In this document: one piece after another, positions 8,922 through 18,772 of the stretch | How positions within the stretch are numbered: position 1 is the stretch's first letter | How the letters are laid out: each line of letters opens with the position of its first letter | Source of the DNA: Bacilli bacterium | Lineage (GTDB): Bacteria; Bacillota_I; Bacilli_A; RF39; UBA660 | Direction of reading: 5' to 3' | Length of the DNA: 64,000 nt | NCBI GenBank assembly: GCA_017938725.1 | Contig: JAGBAW010000027.1 | Location: 696-64,695, forward strand | The notes under the pieces: model-generated | The model's database searches: none | What the model was told of the DNA's origin: nothing | Seen by the model: the letters and a program-made list of their open reading frames with translations, nothing else | Made by a program: the position numbers and the translations under genes

Positions 8922-9437
8922 ATGAATCAAGAAAAAATAGGAAAATTTATTGCTGAAAATCGAAAAAAACAAAATTTAACACAACAAAGATTGTCAGAAC
9001 AACTAGGTGTAAGCATAAATGCAGTTTCTAAATGGGAACGAGGAATTTGTTTAATGGATATGTCCTTATTGAAACCATTAAGTAGAATATTAGATGTTAG
9101 CGTAATAGACATTTTATCAGGGGAAAAAGTAAAAACTGATAATATGCAGGATAAGTATGAAGAAAGCATTGAAAGTCTTGTTAAGTTAAATGAAGTTAGA
9201 TCCAAATCCTTTGGATTATATGGAATGCTATTTATATATTTTATATTACTAATATATAAGGCATTTAATGATATTTGTATGTTTGACATTGTAGCTATAC
9301 TAAGTGGGTTTAATGCCTTTAAATTTGCTTATAAATATAAATTAGAAAAAAGCAAGGGAGATTTAATAGTAAGTGTTATATCCATTATATTTTGTTTATT
9401 TATGTTTATTGAGTATATCCTAGCTACAGTTAAATAG
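8922..9437 (+). CDS. XRE-family HTH transcriptional regulator with C-terminal TM segments
   Basis: LTQQRLSEQLGVSINAVSKWERG is an HTH_3 signature. Hydrophobic C-terminal half. RBS gaaggaa upstream of ATG 8922. Paralogous to 31756-32058. Confidence 0.75.
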   Translation: MNQEKIGKFIAENRKKQNLTQQRLSEQLGVSINAVSKWERGICLMDMSLLKPLSRILDVSVIDILSGEKVKTDNMQDKYEESIESLVKLNEVRSKSFGLYGMLFIYFILLIYKAFNDICMFDIVAILSGFNAFKFAYKYKLEKSKGDLIVSVISIIFCLFMFIEYILATVK

Positions 9438-9472
9438 GAAAGAAAGGTTAAAATTTAGGAGTGTAAAACTAT

Positions 9473-9709
9473 ATGTTTAATTTAAAGAAAGAAACAATAA
9501 AAAAGAATATATTTTTAACTTTATCAATTATTTGTGCATTCATATTTATTGCAGGGATAATGTGTACTATAATGGGAGATTCAAGTCCAGTTAAGTTTAT
9601 AATAAATAATAGTCCAGTAAAATTAATAGTACCACCCATGTTAGTATTTTTTGTTACATCTGTTTTATATAGAAATAGTAAAAAGGCAATAGAAGAAAAT
9701 ACGAAATAG
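9473..9709 (+). CDS. Small membrane protein (hypothetical)
   Basis: RBS aggag ~9 nt upstream. Two predicted TM helices. Preferred over the antisense ORF 9469-9735. Confidence 0.4.
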   Translation: MFNLKKETIKKNIFLTLSIICAFIFIAGIMCTIMGDSSPVKFIINNSPVKLIVPPMLVFFVTSVLYRNSKKAIEENTK

Positions 9710-10147
9710 TTTAAACTACGGGTTTGGCGGATCATAACTTATTGATTCGCTTTTATAATATAAAAAATAACCTAATTTATAGATTACTTAATCTTTCCCG
9801 TCATCGATTCGTGTTTAACTTGTTATATGAATTGAATCATATCTTATCTAACATATCAGTAGTAGATTTTTTTGCAATTTTTTATATTGTTTTATATAAA
9901 CTAAATTACCATCTACTTTTTAAGCAAATTTTTCTTTGGATAAGTTATACTTTTGACGGTAATATTTTAAATACATAGCAAGAATGTTCTAGTTCTTATG
10001 ATTTTTTATTAAACTTGATTTAGATAAAGTTAAAAAGTATATAAATTTAATTATATATATTCAATCTTTTCATCATGTTATAGTGTATTTATTATATATT
10101 CTACTTGCATATTTTATTTATCTATGAAATAATGAATTTGAAAGAAG

Positions 10148-11740
10148 ATGATTGATTGTATGAAAGTCATATCAATAAAAGAACTACTAGAAAAATTTTT
10201 AAACTGGTTTGATAAAGGTAAGAGAAAGATATTTTTAACTATATTCATAATAGGGTTTACCTCAAATATTATTGTTATTACAAATGACATAGTATCTACA
10301 GATACAATTGCATTATCTGAAGTTTATATTCCAGGTTCTTGGGAATTATTTTTAGGTAGATGGCTACTAAAGTATTTTGGATATTTACGATTCGGACTTG
10401 TAAGTTCTGCATTAAATAGTACCCTTTCTTTAATAACCATATCATTTACAGGGGTGTTACTAATAGATTTATTTAAGATAAAACATAAATTATCTATTTT
10501 TTTAACATGCATTTTATTAGTTGTATCGCCATTTTTTACTTCAACATTAATATCAGTATTTTGTTCTTTTGAATATAGTTTAGCATTTTTTTTCTCAGTA
10601 TTATGTGTATATTTACTATACAAAATAAAAGGTTCAATCCTAAAAATAATATTACCTAGTATTTTATTGGCATGCTCTTTAGGATTATATCAAGCATATT
10701 TAGGAGTCACTTGTGGATTATGTATACTTGTGCCCTTAGTTTATTTATTAATAGAAGAGGAAACACCTAAGTATATATTAAAAAAACTATTGCAAAGTTT
10801 AATAATGGGAGTAATGGGATTAATAATATATGAAGTAATTTTACAAATATCACTTAGTATATTTGATGTATCTATGTCTACATATGGAGGCGCTAATGAA
10901 ATAGGAATAAAAACTATCTTAGGAATTCCATCTCAATTAAAAACTGCATACTTAAGTTTCTATAACTATTTTATGAATGATACAATAATAAACAATTTAA
11001 TTTATAGAAGACACATTGCTCACTTAGTACTTTTTATACTAACATTACTTACCATTTTAAAATTATATTTTAAAAATAAAAACAAAAAGAGTCTTATATT
11101 TAATTTAGAATTCATTATGTTTATTATATTAATACCTATTGCATTAGGTATACTTACAATAATCGCAAAAGATAGAGAATTATACTCTTTAATGAGTGCT
11201 CCATATATACTTATATATATCTTTATATTTTCATTAATAGAAAAGAAAGACACCAAAAAAGCTTTCGAAAATATCGTCTATTGTGCAACCATATTAGTGA
11301 GTATATTTATAATAAATTCATATTTAGTAATGACAAATGCAACCTATATGTCTCTTAGAATAACAAAAGAAAAAACTCTATTCACATCACAAAGAATAAT
11401 AAATGAAATATATAATATAGAAGAATATAACAAAGATATGAAAGTTCTATTTATTGGAACCACAAAAGGGGATAACTTTACTAATCCTAATAAAGTATAT
11501 GAATTATCTAGTAGTAATTCATTATTTGATCCATTAATGTGGAGTGAACCAATTATGTGTAATCGTGGATGGCATCATTTTATCAAATACTATTTAGGGA
11601 TAGAACTAAAAGAGGCTACTATAGAAGATTATAATAATATAATAAATACCAGCGAATTTGATAGTATGAACACATATCCTAATGTAGAATTTATTAAAGT
11701 AATAGATGATATTTTGGTTGTAAAAGTACAAGAAAAGTAA
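10148..11740 (+). CDS. Polytopic integral membrane protein with C-terminal extracytoplasmic domain (function unknown, possibly GT-C-like)
   Basis: About 11 hydrophobic helices followed by a soluble ~150 aa tail. No catalytic motif recognised. Confidence 0.6.
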   Translation: MIDCMKVISIKELLEKFLNWFDKGKRKIFLTIFIIGFTSNIIVITNDIVSTDTIALSEVYIPGSWELFLGRWLLKYFGYLRFGLVSSALNSTLSLITISFTGVLLIDLFKIKHKLSIFLTCILLVVSPFFTSTLISVFCSFEYSLAFFFSVLCVYLLYKIKGSILKIILPSILLACSLGLYQAYLGVTCGLCILVPLVYLLIEEETPKYILKKLLQSLIMGVMGLIIYEVILQISLSIFDVSMSTYGGANEIGIKTILGIPSQLKTAYLSFYNYFMNDTIINNLIYRRHIAHLVLFILTLLTILKLYFKNKNKKSLIFNLEFIMFIILIPIALGILTIIAKDRELYSLMSAPYILIYIFIFSLIEKKDTKKAFENIVYCATILVSIFIINSYLVMTNATYMSLRITKEKTLFTSQRIINEIYNIEEYNKDMKVLFIGTTKGDNFTNPNKVYELSSSNSLFDPLMWSEPIMCNRGWHHFIKYYLGIELKEATIEDYNNIINTSEFDSMNTYPNVEFIKVIDDILVVKVQEK

Positions 11741-11912
11741 TTAATAATTATTGCTTTAAAATATTAATAAACAAATCTTGAGTATATTTAGATTTGCTTT
11801 TTGTGTTATAATTAATTATGTTATACAATATGTATCACATATTCCTATATTAATAGTAGGTATGCGGTTATAATAAAAAAAGAATTAGTATAAATATTAA
11901 ATAGGTGGTATT

Positions 11913-12788
11913 ATGGACAGATTTAAAAGTGTTAGGTTAGCAAGTATTTTAGGTATATTTAGTAATTTATTTTTGTTATTTATTAAATCAGTAGTAGGAT
12001 TTATATTTAATAGTCAAGCTATGATTGCAGATGCTTTTAATAGTGCGGGAGATATATTTTCATCACTAATGACTTTTGTGGGCAATAAAATAGCAAGTAA
12101 ACCAAGTGATGATGATCATAATTTAGGTCATGGCAAAGCAGAATATATATATTCAATGCTTATTAGTATAGTTATGATATTAACTTCCATAATAGTATTT
12201 AAAGATTCAATACTATCATTAATTAATAAGAATAAATATGAATTTTCAATATGGTTGGTAGTTGTATGTGGTATAACTATTTTGCTTAAATTTTTACTAT
12301 TTATATACACAGATAAATTATCAATGAAATACAATAATTTACTTATTAAAGCAAACTCTAAAGACCATAGAAATGATTGCATACTTACTATGTTAAATTT
12401 AATATCTTGTTTATTTTCTATTTTAAATATATATTTTCTAGATGCATTAGTTGGTTCATTTATAGCTATTTGGATACTTATTACATCTATTAAAATATTT
12501 ATAGAAAGCTATGATATACTTATGGATAAATCAATTGATGATTTAACTAAAGATAGGGTATTTGAAATAATTAATTCACATAAAGAAATAAAAAAAGTTA
12601 TACATTTTAACTCAACACCAGTAGGTTATAGATATCAAATATCATTTACTATATATGTAGATGGAAATTTATCTACATTTGAAAGTCATGAAATAGCAGA
12701 TAATTTAGAAAAGGAAATAGATAAAAAAATAGATGAAATATATTTAACGGTAATACACGTAAATCCAATTGAAATAAAAAAGGATTAA
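11913..12788 (+). CDS. Cation diffusion facilitator (CDF) family metal efflux transporter
   Basis: ADAFNSAGDIFSS...DDDHNLGHGKAE, six TM helices and a C-terminal cytoplasmic domain are typical of CzcD-like CDF proteins. Confidence 0.85.
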   Translation: MDRFKSVRLASILGIFSNLFLLFIKSVVGFIFNSQAMIADAFNSAGDIFSSLMTFVGNKIASKPSDDDHNLGHGKAEYIYSMLISIVMILTSIIVFKDSILSLINKNKYEFSIWLVVVCGITILLKFLLFIYTDKLSMKYNNLLIKANSKDHRNDCILTMLNLISCLFSILNIYFLDALVGSFIAIWILITSIKIFIESYDILMDKSIDDLTKDRVFEIINSHKEIKKVIHFNSTPVGYRYQISFTIYVDGNLSTFESHEIADNLEKEIDKKIDEIYLTVIHVNPIEIKKD

Positions 12789-12812
12789 CTTTTATTATAG
12801 GAGAAGTAAAAT

Positions 12813-13538
12813 ATGAGGATAAAAGGAAAAGCCAAAAAGGCGCTTATTTCGGTATTAATTATTCCAATATTAGGATTATCTACGTATTATATGGATGATA
12901 TTCAAAAATTTATTTTAAATATAATTCCAAATGAGCAAATAAGGTCATATGAAATAAATAATTTGCCAGAATATAGTGGTAATGATTTTGTATATATAAA
13001 TAACAATGAACCAGAGTTTACTAAAGAAGAACTAAGTAAAGATGTGTATGAAGAGTATAGTGATTTTGACATTTTAGGTAGATGTGGAGTTGCGAGTGCC
13101 ATTATAAGTTTAGATACCATGCCAAAAGAAGAAAGAGGTTTTATTGGACAAATTAAACCAACAGGATGGCACACTATTAAATATGATTTTATAGATGGTA
13201 AATATTTATATAATAGATGTCACTTAATAGGGTATCAACTTACTGGAGAAAATGCCAATGAAAAAAATTTAATAACTTGTACTAGACATATGAATTCAAG
13301 CAGTATGTTAAAATTTGAAAACGAAGTTGCAGAATATGTAAAAAAGACATCTAATAGAGTAATGTACAGGGTAACTCCTATCTTTAAAGATAAAAATTTG
13401 CTTGCAACAGGAGTTCAAATAGAGGCTTTATCTATAGAGGATAATGGCAAAGGAATTAAATTTAATGTATTTGTATATAATGTACAAGATAAAATACAAA
13501 TAGATTATTCAAATGGAGATAGTAAAGTAATAGATTAA
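12813..13538 (+). CDS. Secreted DNA/RNA non-specific endonuclease (EndA/NucA-like)
   Basis: Signal peptide. NRCHLIGYQLTGENANEKNLITCTRHMN resembles the active-site region (RGH...N) of streptococcal DNA-entry nuclease-type enzymes. Confidence 0.7.
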   Translation: MRIKGKAKKALISVLIIPILGLSTYYMDDIQKFILNIIPNEQIRSYEINNLPEYSGNDFVYINNNEPEFTKEELSKDVYEEYSDFDILGRCGVASAIISLDTMPKEERGFIGQIKPTGWHTIKYDFIDGKYLYNRCHLIGYQLTGENANEKNLITCTRHMNSSSMLKFENEVAEYVKKTSNRVMYRVTPIFKDKNLLATGVQIEALSIEDNGKGIKFNVFVYNVQDKIQIDYSNGDSKVID

Positions 13539-13598
13539 AAATATATACATTATAAAATAAATTATAATAATTAACTAGAAAATAAGGCAGGTAAGATA

Positions 13599-14030
13599 AT
13601 GAAAAAAAGATTTATAATAATTATTTTAACAATATTAATAGTTATAAGTATTATCGGCGTTATTTTATTAAATATTAGTAAAATAAGAGGAAATACTAAC
13701 GATGTAAAGATAACTATAGGTGATTCTAAGATGTATACTAAAAAGGAAATAGAATCTGCTAGTGAAATAGTATTAGATAAATTTAAAGATTTTCCAGCAA
13801 AACTAAATGAACTTTGGTATGATGAAGATAAATCAAAAATGCAAAGTGATGAATGGGCAAAACATTATGGTGCAGATGAAGCAATTATATTATATTCTAA
13901 TTTTACTACATATCCTGGTGAAACTTCTATTTTAGATGGATTTAATCCTGATAGCGATTATGTTAATTGGAACTGGATATTAGTTAGGAAAAATAAAGAA
14001 AAATGGAAATTAGTGGATTGGGGTTATTAA
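13599..14030 (+). CDS. Small exported/membrane-anchored protein (hypothetical)
   Basis: N-terminal hydrophobic anchor. No recognised domain. Confidence 0.55.
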   Translation: MKKRFIIIILTILIVISIIGVILLNISKIRGNTNDVKITIGDSKMYTKKEIESASEIVLDKFKDFPAKLNELWYDEDKSKMQSDEWAKHYGADEAIILYSNFTTYPGETSILDGFNPDSDYVNWNWILVRKNKEKWKLVDWGY

Positions 14031-14469
14031 TATGAAAATTGTATATAAGGGAAGTATGCTTAAAAAAACAAAACATATATCTTGAGTAAATATTAAATTT
14101 ATGTTATTACGTATGCAGATGAGGGAAACTTCATAAAATAAAAAAGGATATACTTAACTTTCGTATGGTTAGGTACATTCCAATTGTTTGGATGCATACT
14201 AATACTCCATTTGAAGCGTTAGTGTGCTTTTTCTATTTAAATAGTATTATGAATACTAAAATAAATATGAAGATAATTATAATAAATTGAGATTTTTCTC
14301 TTTTTGTTATAATAATCATCTCCTTTGCAATTAAATATAAAGGAGTGCACCTAACGCTAATTAAGTATATCCATAAACATTATATCAAACATTTGTTCAT
14401 AAAAGATCAAATATATAAATTTTTATAAAAAGGTAATTAATAGTATATTATAGAAATAAAATATATTAG

Positions 14470-15054
14470 GTGATATATGTGAACTATCAAAATGAGATAG
14501 ATGCTAATTACTATTTAGCAAGATTTAATGAAATACTTTATAATATGCAAAGGGAAATGTTAATTACAAATACGACAGAGAATATAACAATAGATTTTAT
14601 TAGATGTATGATACCTCATCATATGGCAGCAATTTATATGTGTCAGAATTTACTTAGATACTCAAATTATACCCCTTTAGTAAATATGGCTAATAATATA
14701 ATTAAAGTACAAGAAAATGAAGTAAATCAAATGAAAGAAATAGCAAAAACTACAATTTATTATATAAATAATAAAAGAGATGTTGATAATTATTTTAAAA
14801 GATATTTTAAAATAACTCAGAACATGATAAATGAAATGAGAAATAGTATAAAGACTACTGATATTAATTTAGATTTTACTTATGAGATGATTCCACATCA
14901 TGAAGGAGCAATTAAAATGTGCCAAAATGTATTAAGATATCAAATAGATCCAAGACTTAGAATGCTTGCAAATATTATAATAAAAGAGCAAAGTGAAGGT
15001 GTTAGAATGCTTAAAGAAATACAATATAATATAACAAAAAAATATCCTTATTAA
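14470..15054 (+). CDS. DUF305-family protein (tandem HH-motif four-helix domain; putative metal-binding)
   Basis: Internal duplication: IPHHMAAIYMCQNLLRYS and IPHHEGAIKMCQNVLRYQ, the MIPHH..AI.M signature of DUF305. Confidence 0.7.
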   Translation: MIYVNYQNEIDANYYLARFNEILYNMQREMLITNTTENITIDFIRCMIPHHMAAIYMCQNLLRYSNYTPLVNMANNIIKVQENEVNQMKEIAKTTIYYINNKRDVDNYFKRYFKITQNMINEMRNSIKTTDINLDFTYEMIPHHEGAIKMCQNVLRYQIDPRLRMLANIIIKEQSEGVRMLKEIQYNITKKYPY

Positions 15055-15488
15055 AGATATTTTTTTAATTCTGAAATAGATTTTTCTTGAAATTTTAAAA
15101 ATTCTTTAGCGAATTTTATATGGTCTTTATTCACATCTTTATCAAAATCATTTATTTTTCTCTCAGTATTTAAACTTCCCATAGAGATTCCTTCAATAAG
15201 CATTTGTGCAATAGATGAGTCACTATTATCAGATTTAACTTCCTTTTTTATTCCCATACCTGCCATCATTTTACTAACAGGACCCTTTTCATCTATTTCC
15301 ATACCATTTTTATCAAGCTCTTTTTTTGCATCTTCTTTATATGAGGTATATTCTTTTAATATATCCTCAAGTAATCTTTTTATTTTATTATTTTTATCCT
15401 TTAAATCTTTTATGAGCTCTTCAATAGTATAACAAGCCATTTCCGCATCCTCATAAATATGTTCACATAATTCAAAATTTTCTTTCAT
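15051..15488 (-). CDS. Hypothetical protein (only minus-strand gene in the window)
   Basis: ATG at 15488 preceded by aaggagg RBS (15493-15499 on the minus strand); begins MKENFELCEHIYEDAEM. Convergent with the DUF305 gene; stops overlap. Confidence 0.55.
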   Translation of the reverse strand: MKENFELCEHIYEDAEMACYTIEELIKDLKDKNNKIKRLLEDILKEYTSYKEDAKKELDKNGMEIDEKGPVSKMMAGMGIKKEVKSDNSDSSIAQMLIEGISMGSLNTERKINDFDKDVNKDHIKFAKEFLKFQEKSISELKKYL

Positions 15489-15644
15489 AAAATCCTCCTT
15501 AAATTTATTATTAACTAAATATAACATTTTATACAGTTGTAATATTTTCGCATGGAATTCACATAAATCCATTCTTTTTTATTCAGGCGCTTGTAATTTT
15601 ATAAAAAATTTGTTATCATCATGTTATAAGGGAGGTTTAGGAAA

Positions 15645-16463
15645 ATGCCATTAACATTAGAAGAATTAGAAAAAAATTTAAAGATAATCGTTTATATGGG
15701 ACCTTATATAAAAGATAGAAGAGAAGGAAAGTATAATGATTATGTAACATATGAAGGAAATCCAAGTGCAGATTATAAATCTTATATAAATTTAAAAACA
15801 GGAGACGTCTATAATATAGATTTAGATAAATGTAAAAAATTTGAAAAGGAAAATTTTATAATAACTATGCCAGTTATATCAAATAGTTATGATTCATATC
15901 TATTAAACTATACGAACTTAAAAAAATGGTTTTTGGAACAATTAAAGACGCGTAATGAGAAAGATGTTATTGAAGAACTTAGGCAAAAATATGAAAAAAA
16001 GATTGAAGTTGAAAATCTAAAAAAAACAAGAGAAAATCTTAAAAAATTAGAATCAGAACTTTCAAAAATAGAAGAAACAAGGGATGAGATTTTAGAAAAA
16101 ATGGAAAGAGTGTATAATTCTTGTAATCATGAAATTGTTGTAAAGACAAAAGCGAATGATTCAGACGATGTTAACTATGATAAAGCAATCTGTTTAATAT
16201 GTAATCAAAGATATTGCAATTTATTCTCCTTTCAATTTGATAAAGAATTTAAAAATATAATTTGTTTTGATAATGAAGAATTTAATAGTCTATCAGAAAA
16301 AGAAAAGGTTGACCTTGCATTTAATATGTTTGAAGAAGAAAGAAAAAATAATCCAGATATAAGTGATTCAAAAATAGTAGAAAATATAAATAATAGACTA
16401 AAAAATGATAAAGATGATATTAAGGGTAAAGTATTAACTAATAAACTTGATATGCTAAATTAG
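15645..16463 (+). CDS. Hypothetical protein with coiled-coil centre and Cys pairs (CNHE...CLICNQRYC)
   Basis: RBS ggaggtttagg upstream. Immediately precedes topoisomerase III. Confidence 0.6.
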   Translation: MPLTLEELEKNLKIIVYMGPYIKDRREGKYNDYVTYEGNPSADYKSYINLKTGDVYNIDLDKCKKFEKENFIITMPVISNSYDSYLLNYTNLKKWFLEQLKTRNEKDVIEELRQKYEKKIEVENLKKTRENLKKLESELSKIEETRDEILEKMERVYNSCNHEIVVKTKANDSDDVNYDKAICLICNQRYCNLFSFQFDKEFKNIICFDNEEFNSLSEKEKVDLAFNMFEEERKNNPDISDSKIVENINNRLKNDKDDIKGKVLTNKLDMLN

Positions 16464-16543
16464 AAGAATATATTAATGTATTCTTTTTTTATCCTTGAGA
16501 TTTTACTTAAACTATATTAAAATTGATTTATGGAGGTAAATAT

Positions 16544-18628
16544 ATGAAACTTATAATCGCAGAGAAACCATCACTTGCAAGAAATATAGTATCCGCAATC
16601 GGAAACATGAAAAGATGTGATGGATATTTTGAAAATGATAATTATTTAGTTACATGGGCATTTGGGCATTTATTTACCCTATATGATATAGAAGATTATG
16701 AAAATATAGAAGACAGAAGATGGAAAATAGATAATTTACCATTCTTTCCACAAAAATTTAAATTTAACTTAAAAAAAGATAAAAATAAAAAAATAGATGA
16801 AGGTGTTATTAAACAATTTAATATTATAAAAACACTTATTAATAGAGAAGATGTTGACACTATTGTTAACGCGGGGGACTCTGATAGAGAAGGAGAAATA
16901 ATTGTTAGATTATGTATAAATAACGCATTAGAAAATGATAAAAAAAAGGTTAGACTTTGGCTTCCTGATCAAACAGCAAAAACAGTAAATGAAGCATTAA
17001 ATGATATGAAAGATGAGAAAGAATATGATAATCTTGCTAATGAAGGATTTGCAAGGACTTATGTAGACTGGCTTTATGGAGTTAATTTAACAAGATATGC
17101 AACACTAAAAACAGGTACCCTACTTAGAGTGGGAAGGGTAATTGTTCCTATTGTTAAAGCAATATATGATAGAGATAAACAAATTGAAGAATTTGTGCCA
17201 GATATTTATTATGGTATTACTTCAAATGAAAAAACAAATGATCAAGAAGTTGAACTTACATCAAAAGAAAAATTTGAAAAAGAAAAATTAGAGGATGCTA
17301 AAAAATTATGTGATATCTATAATAAGGAAAAAGCTATTGTAATAGATAAGAAAATAAAAAAAGATACATTAGCGCCAGGTAAATTATATTCGCTTACTAA
17401 ATTACAAAATTATTTAGGTAAGAAATATAAAATGCCTATGGATAAATCACTTTCTATTGTTCAAAAATTATATGAGGAAGGTTATTTAACATATCCAAGA
17501 ACAAACTCAGAATATTTAGCAACTAATGAAAAGAGTAAGATAAAAGAAATACTAGAAATTGTATCTAAACTAGGATATAAAGTAAGGTTTAAAGATAAAA
17601 AAACAATATTTGATGATAGTAAAATAGAATCACATTCGGCACTAACTCCAACTTATAAAATACCTAAAAAAGAAAATATGAGCGAAGATGAAATAAAAGT
17701 TTATACCGCAGTTATGAGAAGGTTTGTGGCAGTATTTGCAGAAGAAGATTGTAAGATAGAAAAGACTGAAATTAAAATTAAATTAGGTAAAAAGGAAGAA
17801 TTTACATTAAAGGGTAATGTAATAATTGAAAAAGGATGGACTAAATATGATGAATATTCTAAAAATGATAAAGTTCTTCCTAATTTAAATATAGGTGATA
17901 CTGTTAATATAAACTTCACTCCTAAAGAAAAGAAAAAATCGGCTCCAAAACATTATACAATTGAAACGCTTAATAATTATTTAAAAAATCCATTTAAAGA
18001 AGATAAAGCAAAATTAAATGAAGAAGATGAAGATGATACTGAAGAGTATAAAGCAATATTTGAAGGGCTTGAACTTGGTACAGAGGCAACAAGAACAGGT
18101 ATTATTAATAATGCGATTAATAGTAAATATATTGAGCTTAAAAAGGATGTTTATTATATTTTGCCTGAAGGAAAATACTTAATTGAATCTTTATCAAATA
18201 TGAATATAAGTATGGATAAATATAAAACTAGTGAACTAGGTAAAGGTTTAAAACAAGTATATAAGGGAACTATAAAGATTGATGATGTTGTAAAACTTAC
18301 TGAAGATGAAATAAAAAAGGTGTTTGATAATAATAATTTAGATTCTGATACTGGGTTTTATAAAGAAGTTATAGGTAAGTGTCCATTATGTGGAAAAGAT
18401 GTAGTAAAAGGAAAATATAATTATGGATGTACTGGTTACAAAGAAGGATGTAACTTTAAAATAAGTATGAACATCTGCAGGAGAGTAATAGGTAAGGTTA
18501 TTGCAAAAGAAATACTCGAAAATAAAATATCTTCTAATATAAATGGTTTTATTTCTAAAAATAATAAGGAGTTTTCTGCCAAGTTAAAATTAGAAGAAGA
18601 TGGGAAATTATCATTTGTATTTAGTTAG
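16544..18628 (+). CDS. topB: DNA topoisomerase III (type IA) with C-terminal zinc-ribbon
   Basis: Toprim N-terminus MKLIIAEKPSLARNI...TWAFGHLF. Active-site region YEEGYLTYPRTNSEYL (catalytic Tyr). C-terminal CPLCGK...CTGYKEGCNF zinc ribbon. RBS ggaggt upstream of ATG 16544. Confidence 0.92.
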   Translation: MKLIIAEKPSLARNIVSAIGNMKRCDGYFENDNYLVTWAFGHLFTLYDIEDYENIEDRRWKIDNLPFFPQKFKFNLKKDKNKKIDEGVIKQFNIIKTLINREDVDTIVNAGDSDREGEIIVRLCINNALENDKKKVRLWLPDQTAKTVNEALNDMKDEKEYDNLANEGFARTYVDWLYGVNLTRYATLKTGTLLRVGRVIVPIVKAIYDRDKQIEEFVPDIYYGITSNEKTNDQEVELTSKEKFEKEKLEDAKKLCDIYNKEKAIVIDKKIKKDTLAPGKLYSLTKLQNYLGKKYKMPMDKSLSIVQKLYEEGYLTYPRTNSEYLATNEKSKIKEILEIVSKLGYKVRFKDKKTIFDDSKIESHSALTPTYKIPKKENMSEDEIKVYTAVMRRFVAVFAEEDCKIEKTEIKIKLGKKEEFTLKGNVIIEKGWTKYDEYSKNDKVLPNLNIGDTVNINFTPKEKKKSAPKHYTIETLNNYLKNPFKEDKAKLNEEDEDDTEEYKAIFEGLELGTEATRTGIINNAINSKYIELKKDVYYILPEGKYLIESLSNMNISMDKYKTSELGKGLKQVYKGTIKIDDVVKLTEDEIKKVFDNNNLDSDTGFYKEVIGKCPLCGKDVVKGKYNYGCTGYKEGCNFKISMNICRRVIGKVIAKEILENKISSNINGFISKNNKEFSAKLKLEEDGKLSFVFS

Positions 18629-18648
18629 TAAATTATATAAAATTTAAG

Positions 18649-18678
18649 CATTCTTATAATTAAAATAAGGATGTTTTT
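18649..18678 (+). terminator. Probable rho-independent terminator after topB
   Basis: cattctta / taaggatg 8-bp stem (one G-U) followed by tttttaatt. Confidence 0.5.
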
Positions 18679-18772
18679 AATTGCTCTTTAATATATAAAT
18701 TTTAAAAAAATATCTCATAGTAGGGGAATATATCAAATAAAAAGTTTATATATGTATTGAAGGAGGAATTAA

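Noticed and set aside
8927-9289. 120-aa minus-strand ORF antisense to the XRE regulator (similarly 31761-32075)
   Set aside because: Antisense to HTH genes with clear motifs and RBS. Typical spurious ORFs in AT-rich DNA.
9469-9735. 88-aa minus-strand ORF overlapping 9473-9709
   Set aside because: The plus-strand alternative has an AGGAG RBS and matches the local transcription direction.
9724-9978. 84-aa plus-strand ORF in the 9.7-10.1 kb intergenic region
   Set aside because: No RBS, low-complexity Leu/Ile/Asn composition, begins immediately after an upstream stop. Treated as non-coding.
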